Positions 62,066-64,000 of a stretch of 64,000 bases of DNA are shown here, piece by piece. The stretch comes from Eledone cirrhosa (Eukaryota): assembly GCA_964016885.1 (NCBI GenBank), contig OZ024761.1, positions 24,924,001 through 24,988,000 of the forward strand, given 5' to 3'. Numbering within the stretch: the first letter of the stretch is position 1; each line of letters begins with the position of its first letter. The notes below the pieces were generated by a model. That model was not told the origin of the DNA and did not search any database. It saw only the letters and a list, made by a program, of their open reading frames with translations. The position numbers were made by a program, and so were the translations under genes.

Positions 62066-64000
62066 TGCATGTGTACGTAAATGCATGAGTATATATGTGT
62101 GCTTGTGCATGCGTGTGTGAGCGTGTGCTCGTGTGTGTATGTGAGCGTGTGGTTGTGTGACCATGTGCATGTGTGTGTGAGTGTGTGCTGCGTCTGAGCG
62201 GGTGCTTGTGTGTGTATGTGTATACGTGTGGTTGTGTGAGCGTCTGCTCGTGCGTGTGTGTGAGCGTCTGCTCGTGTGTGTGTGAGTGAGCGTCTGCTCG
62301 TGCGTGTTTGTGTGAGCGTCTGCGTGTTTGTGTGAGCGTCTGCTCGTGTGTGAGCGTGTGCTCGTGTGTGTGTGTGTGTGCGTGTGTGCTCGTGTGTGTG
62401 AGCGTGTGCTCCTGTGTGCGTGTGATCGTGTGCTCGGGTGTGTGCGTGTGTGAGCTCGGGTGTGTGACTGTGTGTGCTCGTGTGTGTGTGTGCGTGAGCG
62501 TGTGCGTGCGTGAGCATGTGCTCCTATGTGTGCGTGCGTGAGCGAGCTCGTGTGTTTGAGATCGTGTGTGTGCGTGCGTGAGCGTGAGCTCGCGTGTGTG
62601 TGTGCGTGAGCGTGTGCTCGCGTGTGTGTGTGTGTGCGTGCGTGAGCGTGTGCTCGCGCGTGTGTGTGCGTGTGGTTTAATGGTGAGTGTGTGTAATATG
62701 ATGGTGAGTGGGCGGTGTTGTTATTTACTTAATGGAATGTGTTACGTTACCACGTGAATGACAGGTTGGACAGTATTCTTGGATTAATTCATTTGCAGGC
62801 TACATGGAACGCTAACAACAAAACAACAACAACAACAACACCAACAACAACAACATCATCCCCCATCACCACCATCGTCGTTTATCACTACCGTTATCAC
62901 CATCGACATCATCATCACCATCATCATCATCATTAGCAACAACAACAACACCATCACCATCATCATCATGAGCAGCACCAACGACAACACCACCATCATC
63001 ATCATCATGAGCAACAACAACAACAACAACGACAACAACACCATCATCATCATGAGCAACAACAACAACAACACCATCAACATGAGCAACAACAACAACA
63101 ACAACAACATCAACATGAGCAACAACAACAACGACAACAATACCATCAACATGAGCAACAACAACAACAACACCATCATCATCATGAGCAGCAACAACAA
63201 CAACACCACCATCATCGCCATCGTAGTTTATCACACTAGTTAGCGCCATTATCATCACCATTATCAACAACATCATCAACAATATCATCATCATCATCAT
63301 CCCCCATAGCCCACTACATCCTCCATAGCACTCCCAACACCCTTCACAATTCCCTACACTCTCCATCACCCTCCATAGCACCCCTACACCATATATAGCA
63401 CCCCTACACCCTCCATAGCCCCCTACATCATCCACATCACCCAACACCCTCCGTACCCCACCCACCCACCCCACACTCGCCATAGCACCCCTACGCTATC
63501 CATACCACACCCAACACCTCTACCCCCCGCCCCACACACACTCGCCATAGCACCCCTACACTGTCCATAACACACCCAACACCATCCGTAGCAGCTCTAC
63601 ACCATCCACATCACCCCCAACACCATGTACAGTACCCCCCAGCGCCATACATATTTTTGCACCAGAACCACCAGCAATAGCATCACGACCAACACCACGA
63701 AAACTAACACGAACCAACAACGCCGCCGCTGCCACGACCACCATTATCCCCATTTACTCTACCTACACCAGCACCACCACCATTACAACACCAACCCCAT
63801 CACCCTGAACACCAACATTAGCACCACCAACACCACCACTTCCATTACAACTAAAACTCCATCACTATCACCTTCACATATTCGCACTGCCATTACAACC
63901 ACAACCATCTTCACCATCAGAATCACCATAAACAACACCACCACCACCATTACAACCATCATCACCATCACCCTGAAAACCGCCAACACAACCAGCACCG
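62060..64000. repeat. degenerate GT-rich repeat followed by CAA/CAT/CAC low-complexity repeats
   Basis: GTGTGAGCGTGTGCTC-like units run to about 62670, then trinucleotide arrays and CCATAGCACCCCTAC units. Similar low-complexity tracts lie at 29130-29880, 35200-35880 and 59660-60020. Confidence 0.85.

Overview
This is AT-rich eukaryotic intronic or intergenic DNA dominated by (TA)n and related microsatellites. The repeat content resembles an octopod cephalopod genome, which is my inference and is not database-checked. No host protein-coding gene is recognisable, and almost all ORFs in the track are microsatellite translation artefacts. The real coding remnants are two Penelope-like retroelement (PLE) copies (RT C-terminus plus GIY-YIG endonuclease at 32851-33948, and linker plus GIY-YIG at 8127-8945) and three RTE-type LINE 3' fragments. 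tRNA-derived SINEs are abundant and often lie head-to-tail. The most notable signal is a set of short (150-600 bp) elements from several largely unrelated families inserted in (TA)n tracts. They carry about 10 minimal type I hammerhead ribozymes, including a U3-A8 core variant and a long-stem-II variant. Many share an asymmetric fold-back layout: (TA)n, short inverted arm, loop, long arm plus tail, (TA)n. Several tails carry an AGAG(T/C)(A/G)CTC-like motif about 20-30 nt from the arm boundary. The ORF-bearing PLE has the same layout, which links the short elements to PLE retrotransposition.
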